IMG/VR virus record: IMGVR_UViG_3300032249_001164
Location: 15,540 to 79,539 of that record
Length of the DNA: 64,000 nucleotides
Strand: one strand, 5' to 3'
DNA from: a virus
Under the pieces are notes generated by a model. The model did not search any database. It was not told the DNA's origin and saw only the letters and a program-made list of their open reading frames with translations. The position numbers and the translations under genes are program-made. Of this stretch, positions 45,866 through 55,274 are shown piece by piece; the first letter of the stretch is position 1, and each line of letters begins with the position of its first letter.

Positions 45866-45870
45866 GTAGC

Positions 45871-46128
45871 CTACAGCCTTGAACTTACTGGCGCTCCCTG
45901 CCAAACCTCAATATCTCCGCTCCAGGAGCTAACAGCAGCAATTGCAACAGTCATGCCAATTTTTATGTCAAACAGTAACTTGCGATCATCCGTCGTGCAA
46001 CGATAGATAAATTCGTCGCGAACAGAAGTTGCGGCCCTGTTGCGAGCAATGGAGAACGTGAGACCCGTCTTATTGTCGTAACATGTAACTTTTTCGATGG
46101 AGCGCAGCCACCTGGGAGTCTTATCCAT
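45871..46128 (-). CDS. Early hypothetical protein
   Basis: Coupled ORF. Confidence 0.55.
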   Translation of the reverse strand: MDKTPRWLRSIEKVTCYDNKTGLTFSIARNRAATSVRDEFIYRCTTDDRKLLFDIKIGMTVAIAAVSSWSGDIEVWQGAPVSSRL

Positions 46129-46657
46129 TGCAGCTGACCCCCCAGCCTTGGTGCCAGGTTTTTGACTCTTTAATCTGATTAAGCATCGTGTCGCACAGCA
46201 ACTTTGCTTTTTCAGGTGTTAACATACGAGGCTCATTTCCAGTAAAACTTGATGCTCCCCAACAACGCACAGCATCCATGTACGCAAGAGCACGTACTAC
46301 TGGCGACTCAGCAAGAAACTCCATCAACAAGCCTTCGTAAGTCGCATCACAGATTTTACTCTGCTGGAGCAATTTTACAGGATTGCCGAACCAAGCTTCA
46401 TGGTCAGGGTGGAAATTGTTGTCAGACAAACCATCAAGGCCGTTCTCATGTTTAATCCTGGTGACTCGATCCAGTAGGATCGTCTCTATCTGGTGCTGGC
46501 ATTCGCCCACACTACCTGAAAGGTGCTCCAGAATCAATAACTCAGGAGTGTAAATCCCTGTCCTATCAACCAGGACAAAACCACCTCCATGTTCAAATGG
46601 ATCGCCCTGATCTTTAATGTTTGCAACGCACCAGTAGCTTGGCTGATCTGTCGTCAT
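46121..46657 (-). CDS. Early hypothetical protein
   Basis: 178-aa ORF. Confidence 0.6.
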   Translation of the reverse strand: MTTDQPSYWCVANIKDQGDPFEHGGGFVLVDRTGIYTPELLILEHLSGSVGECQHQIETILLDRVTRIKHENGLDGLSDNNFHPDHEAWFGNPVKLLQQSKICDATYEGLLMEFLAESPVVRALAYMDAVRCWGASSFTGNEPRMLTPEKAKLLCDTMLNQIKESKTWHQGWGVSCNG

Positions 46658-47028
46658 AGTTAAGCCGCAATGAGTTCAGCGTTTAGGTGTAAAATGGGTT
46701 ATCCCAGGACTGAGCCTGGTGATCGGTGATTCGACCATCACGGTGCAGGGTGTCAATGAAAATGCACCAAGCCTCGGCGGCTTCTGGCTTGTCTTGTGGA
46801 TCAAACCTAAAGCGCTCGTTAAAAAGCCTTTTGGCTAGCGACTTGTTCATTTGATTTTGCAGCGAAGTACGTTGCCAAAGATTGGATGTATAAACGCAAG
46901 CTCTGGCGTACCAGAGCCACAAGCAAGCATTCGATTATTCATTTCAACGACCAACTTAATAATAACGAACCAAGTCAATAAAATAATCAACCCAGAAATC
47001 GCAACTTCAGTAAAAACTCGTTTAAGCA

Positions 47029-47307
47029 TTAGTGGTATGCAGTGGGAGCAAGTACAAAATAGTAGCCTTCGTGATCACTCCCCCTAGCAACGATCTTGTA
47101 GCTAGCAAGATAGCCGGCAGATTCTGGCCCCGTAAATTTATCCATCCAAATTTTGACGACTTCTATTGGATCTGTATTTGAGTCAATAGAGTCCATTGTG
47201 CAAACCTTCCAAGTCGTGCTTGCGTCACGCTTGTGTTTAGCGATTAACTTGAAACGCCCGGCTGAGCTACAAGAATTTTCGACTCGAACGCAAATGCCAA
47301 TGTCCAT
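47029..47307 (-). CDS. Early hypothetical protein
   Basis: 92-aa ORF. Confidence 0.55.
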   Translation of the reverse strand: MDIGICVRVENSCSSAGRFKLIAKHKRDASTTWKVCTMDSIDSNTDPIEVVKIWMDKFTGPESAGYLASYKIVARGSDHEGYYFVLAPTAYH

Positions 47308-47341
47308 AGCAATGAAATGTGAAATGTGAAACTGAAAGTAA

Positions 47342-47494
47342 TCAGTAATTGTCGGTTAAAATATCAAGCACATCTTGCACGTCGTCCGTAGAATTAGCTT
47401 GAATAAACTCTCTGGCGATAAGCTCCCAACTAAACCGACCCTCTTCGGCAAGTTCAACTAAGGTGGAACGTGGATCTTGTGTTTTGTGTGGCAT
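47342..47494 (-). CDS. Small acidic early protein
   Basis: First ATG after promoter cassette 3. Confidence 0.5.
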   Translation of the reverse strand: MPHKTQDPRSTLVELAEEGRFSWELIAREFIQANSTDDVQDVLDILTDNY

Positions 47495-47516
47495 GACCTG
47501 GAAAGTGCAAACAGTG

Positions 47517-47676
47517 GATGTGCCGAGGCTGTAATTTCCCCGACCCATCTACTATACCACGGCGACCCGCTTTTAGCAAGCCCAGAACCCTGTAAAGTTA
47601 GCAAAATGTAACAATAAAATTCTCGATTTTCGCAAGGTTAAGGACGCCGAGCCTGCAGATTCCAGCCGCCTCAACC
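47517..47676 (-). promoter_or_regulatory. Early promoter cassette 3
   Basis: TTGCTA(47579-47574)-17-TATAGT(47556-47551); GTTA-N8-TAAC at 47597-47612. Confidence 0.8.
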
Positions 47677-47677
47677 C

Positions 47678-48211
47678 TTAAGCTTTAGCGGAGGTAGTCG
47701 GCTTGCCACTTTTCTTTTTTTCTTCCAGCAACCTGACAAGCTCTGACATCGAAAGTCCATTGAGCGGCTTATGGTTGAATTGACCCGCCGCCATCCGCTT
47801 TAAGTTTTCACCTGTGTTTCCTGGTGGAATTCCCCAGTCCAGAATCTGGCCTTTATCCCCCAACGTCATCAGCGTATTCTTGCACCTTTGCAGCAGCTCA
47901 AACGCTACAAAGTGCAATTTAATCCATTCGTGTAAGCTAGCTTCCGTTGCATCATGCCTTGCGTCATCGAATTTGTGGTCTGGAACCTGCGATTCCCAGC
48001 CCTCTTTCAGTTCAACTGGCTGAAGCTCTGCAACTCTCAAGCCCTCCTTGGTAGCATACCAGGTCAAAACATCAATTCTTCTTGAGTGGCTGGTCCATTC
48101 AAAAATGCCTGGACCTATAAACGCAACCTTTTTGCCGTTCACGTTCAAGTTGCATGTGTGCCCCCCTTCGCAACGGCGAACGCTTTTGACTTCGAGTAGC
48201 AAGTTTTGCAT
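47678..48211 (-). CDS. Early hypothetical protein
   Basis: 177-aa ORF. Confidence 0.6.
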   Translation of the reverse strand: MQNLLLEVKSVRRCEGGHTCNLNVNGKKVAFIGPGIFEWTSHSRRIDVLTWYATKEGLRVAELQPVELKEGWESQVPDHKFDDARHDATEASLHEWIKLHFVAFELLQRCKNTLMTLGDKGQILDWGIPPGNTGENLKRMAAGQFNHKPLNGLSMSELVRLLEEKKKSGKPTTSAKA

Positions 48212-48219
48212 TGTTGAGT

Positions 48220-48702
48220 TCAGTGAATAAGATCGATGTACCGAGGTAAAAAGTCAACACTGATTTTACTGCCATCATTCCAAGCGGCTACTGGGGCATG
48301 GTGCCAAGTACCAAGCCACAAAGCTGCAACCTTTGACACCTTGCTTTCATCCCTCCAAGGGTAGAAAACGACAACTATGGATACTCCAATGGAAACTCCA
48401 TTGCCAAGCGTTTGCTCCGTAAACTCAATCGAGTTAACTGCCTTGAACCTGTCGTCCGCCTTCCAATCGTAATCCCAGTATCTCCCTGCACTATCTACCA
48501 AGCAGTGAATATCCAACGCCGAAAGCTTGGGTGCAGCGTAATAGCTCTTGTCATCGCTTGGCCTATAGCCGGCTGGAACGTAGATATTCTGGGTTCGCAT
48601 AAAAGCAAGGCGCTCTTTGTCCCCAATATAGTTTTTTGCGGCTTGTAACCTTGCGATTGTTTCCTTTCGCGTGAAGCGAAGTGGGTTCCTGGTTTTTGCC
48701 AT
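48220..48702 (-). CDS. Early hypothetical protein
   Basis: Likely start MAKTRNPL at 48702. Confidence 0.55.
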   Translation of the reverse strand: MAKTRNPLRFTRKETIARLQAAKNYIGDKERLAFMRTQNIYVPAGYRPSDDKSYYAAPKLSALDIHCLVDSAGRYWDYDWKADDRFKAVNSIEFTEQTLGNGVSIGVSIVVVFYPWRDESKVSKVAALWLGTWHHAPVAAWNDGSKISVDFLPRYIDLIH

Positions 48703-48710
48703 GTTAAGCG

Positions 48711-48983
48711 CTATGGTAGTTGAACCATTAAAACGCGAACCAATGGCGTAGCACATGCAAGCTCGCAGCCGGACGACCTCGCCGCACGCTCGTAGCCATA
48801 ACCTGCCTGACCTGATGGATCTTGACCTGGTAGTGGGTTGTAAGCGCTGAACATACAAATGCGTCGATTCTCAAAATACTTTCTCAAGGCCTTAATTCGT
48901 GCATCGCACTTATCCTCGGCAACAATCGCCATCTCAATTGGTTCGGCAATGGTGTCGCCTTTAATTGTGACTTGTAATTTCAT
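48711..48983 (-). CDS. Early hypothetical protein
   Basis: ATGA-coupled ORF. Confidence 0.5.
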   Translation of the reverse strand: MKLQVTIKGDTIAEPIEMAIVAEDKCDARIKALRKYFENRRICMFSAYNPLPGQDPSGQAGYGYERAARSSGCELACATPLVRVLMVQLP

Positions 48984-49288
48984 AATTCAGAAATGGTGAA
49001 ACGTGAAGGTTGATTTCCTGAAGGCAGGGGACCGGATGGCTCAAGGCGAAGCGGCAAACCAGCGAGGTGCAGGCTGCTAATCATCTTGCGTTCAAACTCC
49101 TCTCGATGCACCCTAAAACGCCCAGCATGGGTAAATACCCAGAGCTGGCCTTGGGGATCTTTTGCAACATTTGCAACGTAAGCTGCACCGCTAAAGCCAT
49201 CAGGTCCCGCCATTGCACCCTCCCAGCTCCAATCTGGATGTGGTAAGGTATTAGGTTCGTAGGGGATTACATTAAATGCACTTCTCAC
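48980..49288 (-). CDS. Early hypothetical protein
   Basis: Coupled ORF. Confidence 0.5.
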   Translation of the reverse strand: MRSAFNVIPYEPNTLPHPDWSWEGAMAGPDGFSGAAYVANVAKDPQGQLWVFTHAGRFRVHREEFERKMISSLHLAGLPLRLEPSGPLPSGNQPSRFTISEL

Positions 49289-49530
49289 AGTTCGGCCTCC
49301 GAAAGTTTGTGGTTGAATTGATAGAGCATGATTGAAGCAACAAGTTCAGCATCGCTAGTGCCAAGCGCCTTGGCCAATGCTTCAGATCGAGCGGGAACAG
49401 TGTATGGTTTGAATCGTCGTCTACCAATTCCACTTGGTCGCGTTACCTTGGGATTAGCTTTTTCCCATGCAGCGAAAGCGTCAGCAAACATTAACTCTTC
49501 AGCTTTAGCGTACATTGCGTCAGAAATCAT
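49285..49530 (-). CDS. Early hypothetical protein
   Basis: Coupled ORF. Confidence 0.55.
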   Translation of the reverse strand: MISDAMYAKAEELMFADAFAAWEKANPKVTRPSGIGRRRFKPYTVPARSEALAKALGTSDAELVASIMLYQFNHKLSEAEL

Positions 49531-49943
49531 AAAAACTCCACGTAAACCTTACCGTCCTGAGCATAGCAATGCATCTCTTGCTCTTGACGCGCAAGATTAG
49601 TCAATATTTCGCCAACTTCAGGCTCCCAGTCATCTTTCTCCCAGAAACCGCAACCGTGATGATTAACAGTTAAGATGTAGTCATGTTCAAGGTAGAAGCC
49701 GCCAGTGCCCGAACCTGTATAAAAGTCATCAATGGAATTCCAGTCAGAACCCTTAAGCTTCGTGATCTCAGTTTCAGCCTTGTTAACGAAAGCCTGAAAC
49801 TTTTGATGAAGCCTGTCCAGTGATGCCTTGTCAATGTCGCAAACACTGTAGTTTCTGTCAAATGGTTCTCCGCCTTGAGGCGTAGACTCGTCGCTCTCAG
49901 ACCAAAGCAAAGTAACAGCAAGCTGTTGCAGGGAAGAATTCAT
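49527..49943 (-). CDS. Conserved acidic early protein
   Basis: 'LLWSE...HDYILTVNHHGCGFW' motif seen in phage early proteins. Confidence 0.6.
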   Translation of the reverse strand: MNSSLQQLAVTLLWSESDESTPQGGEPFDRNYSVCDIDKASLDRLHQKFQAFVNKAETEITKLKGSDWNSIDDFYTGSGTGGFYLEHDYILTVNHHGCGFWEKDDWEPEVGEILTNLARQEQEMHCYAQDGKVYVEFL

Positions 49944-50623
49944 GATTGATAGTCCTCGGAAGTAGAAGTAATGTGGCAGTACATGCCAGTAAAATCTACG
50001 TGCAAGGTAGCTTCTCTTCCCTCACACTCTAAATACTCAAACCAGCTGTTCACTGTGCGCTCAATCTCGTCAAACAGGAAATCAGCGACCGTACCGGGAT
50101 CCTTGAACCTCTTATTAAAGAGATTGTAACCCCTCGACATCCAGCCAACAATTGATCGAATGTTGGCTGGTTTTACTGGGTAAGACTCAAGCTCAAGCTC
50201 ATTGCAAGCATCTCTCAAGCCATTAACGACGCATTGCTCAAGATCACGCATAATGTCAGCATTATTAACGTAGCTCACCGAAGTGGCAACGCACAACGGT
50301 CTATCGCTTATTTTTAGTACCGAGTTGTAACACTCAATAGCCATATCAGATATACTCGACGCAATATCGTGTAGCTGAACAGGTCTATCCCTGCCAGAAG
50401 GCATGCAACTTACCCTTAACCTCCCTGCAACAATGGCCCCCAAGGCCATGAACTCATCAATAAATGGATCAAAGTGTGGCTTCACAGTATGCTCTAAAAT
50501 ATCATGAGCAACTACAAAGCTATTGAAGGGTTCGTGGTAGTCGCGACCAGTATTCACGGATACGCCAATTTCGCCGGTGCATGAATTTCGCGCAGTCCGA
50601 AGCTTGTATAGTTTCACGTTCAA
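49940..50623 (-). CDS. Early hypothetical protein
   Basis: 227 aa; 'VAHDILEH...DEFMALG' could bind metal. Confidence 0.6.
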   Translation of the reverse strand: MNVKLYKLRTARNSCTGEIGVSVNTGRDYHEPFNSFVVAHDILEHTVKPHFDPFIDEFMALGAIVAGRLRVSCMPSGRDRPVQLHDIASSISDMAIECYNSVLKISDRPLCVATSVSYVNNADIMRDLEQCVVNGLRDACNELELESYPVKPANIRSIVGWMSRGYNLFNKRFKDPGTVADFLFDEIERTVNSWFEYLECEGREATLHVDFTGMYCHITSTSEDYQS

Positions 50624-51018
50624 GCCTCAGACTGAAGTACGTGGGATTGAAGCTCATGGATGCGGCCCGCGATCTCTTCGGCAAGATCTTCAGCGAGATC
50701 CTTGCAATTACTTCGACCAAGCAGTGAAGTGGTAAACCATTCAGGATGCCCGTAAGCTCCACCAGTAAAGCTGTTGTCTCCGGTCTGGTAGCTCCAGCTA
50801 ATGCAGCCTTCCGCAAAGTCAAAGGTGCAGCCAACAGTTACGCCAACGTAAGGCGTCTGATCACTGGGATCAGCTTCACGAAAGTCTCGGCGCAAGGTAG
50901 GCCAGTCAGTATCTTTCTTAATCGCAACCAGTAAACTATAAAGCTCTTGCTTTAAGCCTGGAAGCTGCTTGAGCAACTTCTGCACTGCTGGCGACGTATC
51001 GCAAGCTGTAGTTTGCAT
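50620..51018 (-). CDS. Early hypothetical protein
   Basis: First ATG after cassette 4; 'WSYQTGDNSFTGGAYGHPEW'. Confidence 0.6.
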   Translation of the reverse strand: MQTTACDTSPAVQKLLKQLPGLKQELYSLLVAIKKDTDWPTLRRDFREADPSDQTPYVGVTVGCTFDFAEGCISWSYQTGDNSFTGGAYGHPEWFTTSLLGRSNCKDLAEDLAEEIAGRIHELQSHVLQSEA

Positions 51019-51038
51019 AGCGTGTAACGTGTAGGACA

Positions 51039-51225
51039 AGGCGCCGGTTTGCCTACAGGCTTCCCGACGCCTCTTATGATACCACGCCAACGCCAGGAAT
51101 GCAAGCGGGTAGTCCTACAAAGTTAGCACACTGTAACAATAAAATCGCTGGGCGCCTCGCCAACAAGACAGCCGCCCAGCGCCTTAACCTATAAAACTGG
51201 CTACAAGGTATAGCGATAGTGAACG
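51039..51225 (-). promoter_or_regulatory. Early promoter cassette 4
   Basis: TTGCAT(51104-51099)-17-TATCAT(51081-51076); GTTA-N8-TAAC at 51122-51137. Confidence 0.8.
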
Positions 51226-51240
51226 TTTAATTTTTAAGGC

Positions 51241-51474
51241 TTACCTTGACAAAATAAAACCACCACAGTTGTCACATGTTAGTGGGTAAGATGTTCTGTT
51301 AACCTGGTCAGCCTTGATAATCCAACGAGGATCAACCGCGAAGTTATTGCGACAGGTACCACAGCATCTGCTGCAAACCCTGAAACCTCCAGCAGTGGAA
51401 ACGTATCTAAGACCTTGGTTACTTGCGAACGTAATCTCGGCGAGTCTTAGGCTCTGGGATGCGACCGTCATCAA
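51241..51474 (-). CDS. Small Zn-finger-like protein
   Basis: CxxC...CxxC. Confidence 0.5.
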   Translation of the reverse strand: MMTVASQSLRLAEITFASNQGLRYVSTAGGFRVCSRCCGTCRNNFAVDPRWIIKADQVNRTSYPLTCDNCGGFILSR

Positions 51475-51648
51475 TGCTTCCTTTTATTTGTCTGTAAAGT
51501 TTTTTGATTTGTAGCTTGCACTGTTCCCACTCAGCCTGCCTTGGTGGAGAATCTCCATCCCAAAACATTGAGATAAAATACGGACCAGCGTTGTAGAAAA
51601 ACTTTAAGGCTACCAGCAGCAACCTTTTCTGGAAATTAGTGAACTCCA

Positions 51649-52131
51649 TTACAGATCGTCAAGCTCTGGAGCACAAGGGGGCTCGCGTAAGCGCAAGTTA
51701 ATAGCGCAGTCATCATCCTGGAAACAGTCAACTGAGCAATCAAAGAATTCGCCTACCCAGGAATGTTCCACGATGTAACAAGCATCAAGGTAGGTTTGAT
51801 CGATCCACTCTACCGAATTGAAACCAGCAACCCGAAGAGGATCGCCAAACCCGCAAAACTTAGCATGAACAAACTTCAACCAAAAAACAAATCTTGAGAC
51901 TGGCGTCGTGAATGGTCCCTTCTCGCAAATCTCCCAGACGCAGCCCTCAACCCTGCCCCGTGAATGCATTCGGCAAAAATGCTGCCAAGCGAAAGGGCCG
52001 CATTTTCCGTCAACCACTTCCTTGGATGAATCGGATTGTGAAAAATCAAAACTGTTAAACTTCCAGGTGTCGTAACCTTTCATAGCGCGAATGGGAGGCA
52101 TGACATGAATGGGGATTGCAAATAGTTGCAC
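51649..52131 (-). CDS. Hypothetical protein
   Basis: 160-aa ORF. Confidence 0.5.
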   Translation of the reverse strand: MQLFAIPIHVMPPIRAMKGYDTWKFNSFDFSQSDSSKEVVDGKCGPFAWQHFCRMHSRGRVEGCVWEICEKGPFTTPVSRFVFWLKFVHAKFCGFGDPLRVAGFNSVEWIDQTYLDACYIVEHSWVGEFFDCSVDCFQDDDCAINLRLREPPCAPELDDL

Positions 52132-52615
52132 TTTTCCAATGTAATCAACTGAAACTCTTTCTCCAAAGTGTCCATCGGCGGTTCCTCAGTTCAAGTTTAC
52201 AGGCTTTGATAAGTTGAAGATTAAACCCGTTGCCGCTCGCGTGACCAGCAAGGTCCGAGTCGGACAGCGATGCGGCTATCGCCTGATGGCACTTCCACTG
52301 GTGACTCTGCAATTGCAATCGAAGCCATCTTTCCCTTATCCAGTGAATCATTTGATACTGAAACCTAATAGGTGAATAGATCGCGGGTGAATGGCTTTGC
52401 TCTCGCCGTGTCATTGACGCGGACCACCGCTCAGCCCCCGGTAGTAGTCTGCCAGAGCCTGAGAGCCACGGCGGGGCTCGTTGGCCGTCCTCACCGGCCT
52501 TGGATGCCGGCAACGATAACTGAAGCTGCGCAGCCAGATCACAGCGACCATGGCGGGCAAGAGAACGCCCACGACACCTATGACAGCGCCCAGTAGGAGC
52601 CAGGCGAATTGCTGG

Positions 52616-53113
52616 CTAATCGGCATCGGACACCTCCGGGCAATAGGTTGGCAGTGGGAACGCAGCTGCCGGAACCCAATGGGTATAAGAAATACGCGAA
52701 TTAAACCCAATCATCTCAATCTTCGCCCTTTGGGCTGACGTATAATTCCTTAGCCTTTTGATAGTTATCCATTGAATGGTGGCCGGCTTGAAGAGCCACC
52801 CACAGGTAGTCCGTTTAGCCACCCAGCACCACGGATCGGTATCAACGCCGCTGGCAACCATGACAACCTTTGAATTAGCTGGGTGTGGCGCCACGTCATC
52901 CGGCCCAGGTAAGCGATCCCTCAAGGAGGTAAGCACGGGTTGGGACGCCAGGGCTGCCTTGACCGTTTCAATCTGTTTATCAATTTCCACCGTGTCCCCG
53001 TTAAGTTCTTCGTAGTAGTTCCTGGCGCAAGCGCAGAGAGCGTTAAACGCGCCGAGGAGGCAACTAGAATCATGGATTACAGGGAAAGCGGTACTACCGT
53101 AATATACAGGCAT
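52616..53113 (-). CDS. Hypothetical protein
   Basis: 'SLRDRLPGP...CW...YTHWVP...FPLP' DUF551-like tail. Confidence 0.55.
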   Translation of the reverse strand: MPVYYGSTAFPVIHDSSCLLGAFNALCACARNYYEELNGDTVEIDKQIETVKAALASQPVLTSLRDRLPGPDDVAPHPANSKVVMVASGVDTDPWCWVAKRTTCGWLFKPATIQWITIKRLRNYTSAQRAKIEMIGFNSRISYTHWVPAAAFPLPTYCPEVSDAD

Positions 53114-53601
53114 TCCACGCCTTCCTCAACTGAAAGCACTCGATAGTCAATCAGTGAATACACTCCTGCGCATGGCTCGACACCACGCAAGTGCGCAACC
53201 TTAACATAATCTCCCGGCCTTACTTCAAATGTATCCAAAATGCCAAGGTGTACGTAAATCCCGTTCGGATCAAAATAAAAACTACCCGCTATAATATTGC
53301 CAGCCGTAAAAATATGCTTAAAAACGATAGGCGGCGAAGCGGGACTAAGGGAAGACCTAGAGTTGTGAACTGCGTGATTCACGCTGGATTCAACTGCGGC
53401 TTTCACGTCCGAGACGGGCACTACACCCAGCTCCACCTGTTCGTCTGACGTTAATGAGCCGGTTTGAGCCCGAAACGCCAGCTCAAGTGCTTCTATGCGC
53501 GAACGGAGTTCAAGGATGCAGGTGAAAGCTCCACTCCGGGCCTTGGCATCGCTAGCACACTTAGCCCACTGCTCAGGCGTAGCGCGGTGTTGATCGGTCA
53601 T
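53077..53601 (-). CDS. Hypothetical protein
   Basis: N-terminal 'ATPEQW...CILELRSRIEALE' module. Confidence 0.55.
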   Translation of the reverse strand: MTDQHRATPEQWAKCASDAKARSGAFTCILELRSRIEALELAFRAQTGSLTSDEQVELGVVPVSDVKAAVESSVNHAVHNSRSSLSPASPPIVFKHIFTAGNIIAGSFYFDPNGIYVHLGILDTFEVRPGDYVKVAHLRGVEPCAGVYSLIDYRVLSVEEGVECLYITVVPLSL

Positions 53602-53663
53602 GCTGTTGTACTGGGTGAAGAGAATTGAATTGCCGAGATAGGCTCCCGGCGGGCCACAGGTCT

Positions 53664-54068
53664 CTACTTCTCAATCTGCAGGGTCGGCACTGGCATTCCA
53701 CCTTCAGTTGGAACGTAAATCGTTCGGTTGCCCTTCTCGGAACCCTCTTGCAAACCAACAATATAAAGATATTGAAGGTAGCGAGGGTTATCCTGGAGGC
53801 TGGATCCAATAATTTCATTCGATTTAGCTACGCCCCCTGCCCTTCGGATTTCAGCCTCCGCTTCATAAGCAGCTGCATCATTTTTGGCCTTCGATTCAAG
53901 CACTTTTACTTGCCTGGTGGATTCAGCCTCCATCAGTGCCGCCTTTCCGCTCATGGAACGGTAGTAGACATTTACCTGGGGAACCAGCCAAACGAGGCCA
54001 GAGACAGCCAGCAGGAGCACAGCCAAGGTAAGAGCAGGAAAAACCGTGCCTTGAAACTTGTTTGACAT
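53664..54068 (-). CDS. SPFH/band-7-like membrane protein
   Basis: N-terminal TM helix, AE-rich coiled coil, 'SNEIIGSSL...YLQYLYI...IYVPTEGGMPV'. Confidence 0.7.
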   Translation of the reverse strand: MSNKFQGTVFPALTLAVLLLAVSGLVWLVPQVNVYYRSMSGKAALMEAESTRQVKVLESKAKNDAAAYEAEAEIRRAGGVAKSNEIIGSSLQDNPRYLQYLYIVGLQEGSEKGNRTIYVPTEGGMPVPTLQIEK

Positions 54069-54115
54069 GAAACTTGGTGATAAGGTGAAATTACTGAAAT
54101 CAGTGAAGCCTGGAA

Positions 54116-54478
54116 TCAAGACCGACGACTTCTCATCTTTTGATAAGCAATAGCCAGTAGTTCATTTACGGAAAGAGAGTTTGCATTGCGGAAAAGGTTG
54201 ACAGCATCCGCAAGTGAAACAAGTTTCAAGCCGTAGCCCCTCACCTCAATCGTCACTTCTTGCCGACCGGTACGCTTGAAACAGGCTTCTCTCCCTGGCC
54301 ACACGTGGTCAACGTAAACCGGGGAGTCCACGGTGATCTGAACTGGAGCGTAACTGGAAATCAAGCAAACGCTTGAATCACCGTTGGCGGCATACGGAGA
54401 GCTTGGAAAGCCAATCGCCATCCGATCGCCATCCGCAACCAGAAACCCCAACCCAGACGAAGAAGTTATCGTGCTCAT
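54116..54478 (-). CDS. Hypothetical protein
   Basis: 120-aa ORF. Confidence 0.55.
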   Translation of the reverse strand: MSTITSSSGLGFLVADGDRMAIGFPSSPYAANGDSSVCLISSYAPVQITVDSPVYVDHVWPGREACFKRTGRQEVTIEVRGYGLKLVSLADAVNLFRNANSLSVNELLAIAYQKMRSRRS

Positions 54479-54708
54479 CAGCGATCCCCCAGCATTGCGA
54501 TCTCCAACTGGTCGAGCTGAAGTAGATCAGCTAGGTCAGCTTTAGCTTTCGCGGTTAAAGCTTCGAGCCTTCAGATCTCAAGGAGGCGATCTTTAATAAC
54601 TTTCTTGGCTTTCGTTGTCTCGTCGTCCCCAAGCTCAGCCATCGCTTGCTGAAGCAGCTCTCTGCCTTCGGGCGACAGTGACAAATCGAGACCAGCTGTG
54701 GTTGTCAT
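54478..54708 (-). pseudogene. Coiled-coil hypothetical gene with one in-frame TGA (54571-54573)
   Basis: MTTTAGLDL...KDRLLEI*RLEALTAKAKADLADLLQLDQLEIAMLGDR; the terminal stop forms a TGATG overlap with the next gene. Confidence 0.6.
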
Positions 54709-54785
54709 TAGAATGTCAGACATTGACTGTTAGCGCGTTGGATGTGGTGTAATTGCTAAATTGGGTCCGGCTTTAGCGGGCCGGG

Positions 54786-55226
54786 TTACTCACATGGCGG
54801 ACGCACAATCACGTCATAATCACCCTGATCATTGAATGACGTGTGCTGGTACTTCCAGCGATGACCATCGTATTCAAACGAAATACTGAGTCGGTTCAAA
54901 AACCGCTTTTCAATGTAAGGCATGTACTCAGGGGAATTCCTGTAAATCCTGCGCTCAATCCACTTTTGCTCTATTGCGGGAGCCGGCTGAGAATGGACGG
55001 GTTCATCGGGGAAGGCAATACACATATTTTCAAACAGCGGCGTGGAACCATTACCGAGATAGGGCCCAAATATTCTCATTAAATGAAATAACTGAAACCT
55101 AAACCAGCCGTCGCTTTGCGAAAGGTAAGGATAAGACGACGAAAGATTTACTAGTGCAAGAATATTGCGCCCGTAGCTAGTTAGCTGAACTTTTACGTCG
55201 TGGTAGATGTTGAATAGCACAGTCAT
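54786..55226 (-). CDS. Hypothetical protein
   Basis: 'NIYHDVKVQLTSYG...GWFRFQLFHLMRIFG'. Confidence 0.6.
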   Translation of the reverse strand: MTVLFNIYHDVKVQLTSYGRNILALVNLSSSYPYLSQSDGWFRFQLFHLMRIFGPYLGNGSTPLFENMCIAFPDEPVHSQPAPAIEQKWIERRIYRNSPEYMPYIEKRFLNRLSISFEYDGHRWKYQHTSFNDQGDYDVIVRPPCE

Positions 55227-55274
55227 AACAGCGAAAGATTAACTTAACACAGTTTAAGCAGGAAAGTGGCCAGA

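Noticed and set aside
41932-51137. NtcA or CRP boxes at the early promoters
   Set aside because: The palindrome is GTTA-N8-TAAC (16 bp), not GTA-N8-TAC or TGTGA-N6-TCACA
27285-54573. Genome-wide stop-codon reassignment
   Set aside because: The three internal stops are TAA, TAG and TGA; all three also end normal genes, long genes are uninterrupted, and no suppressor tRNA was seen
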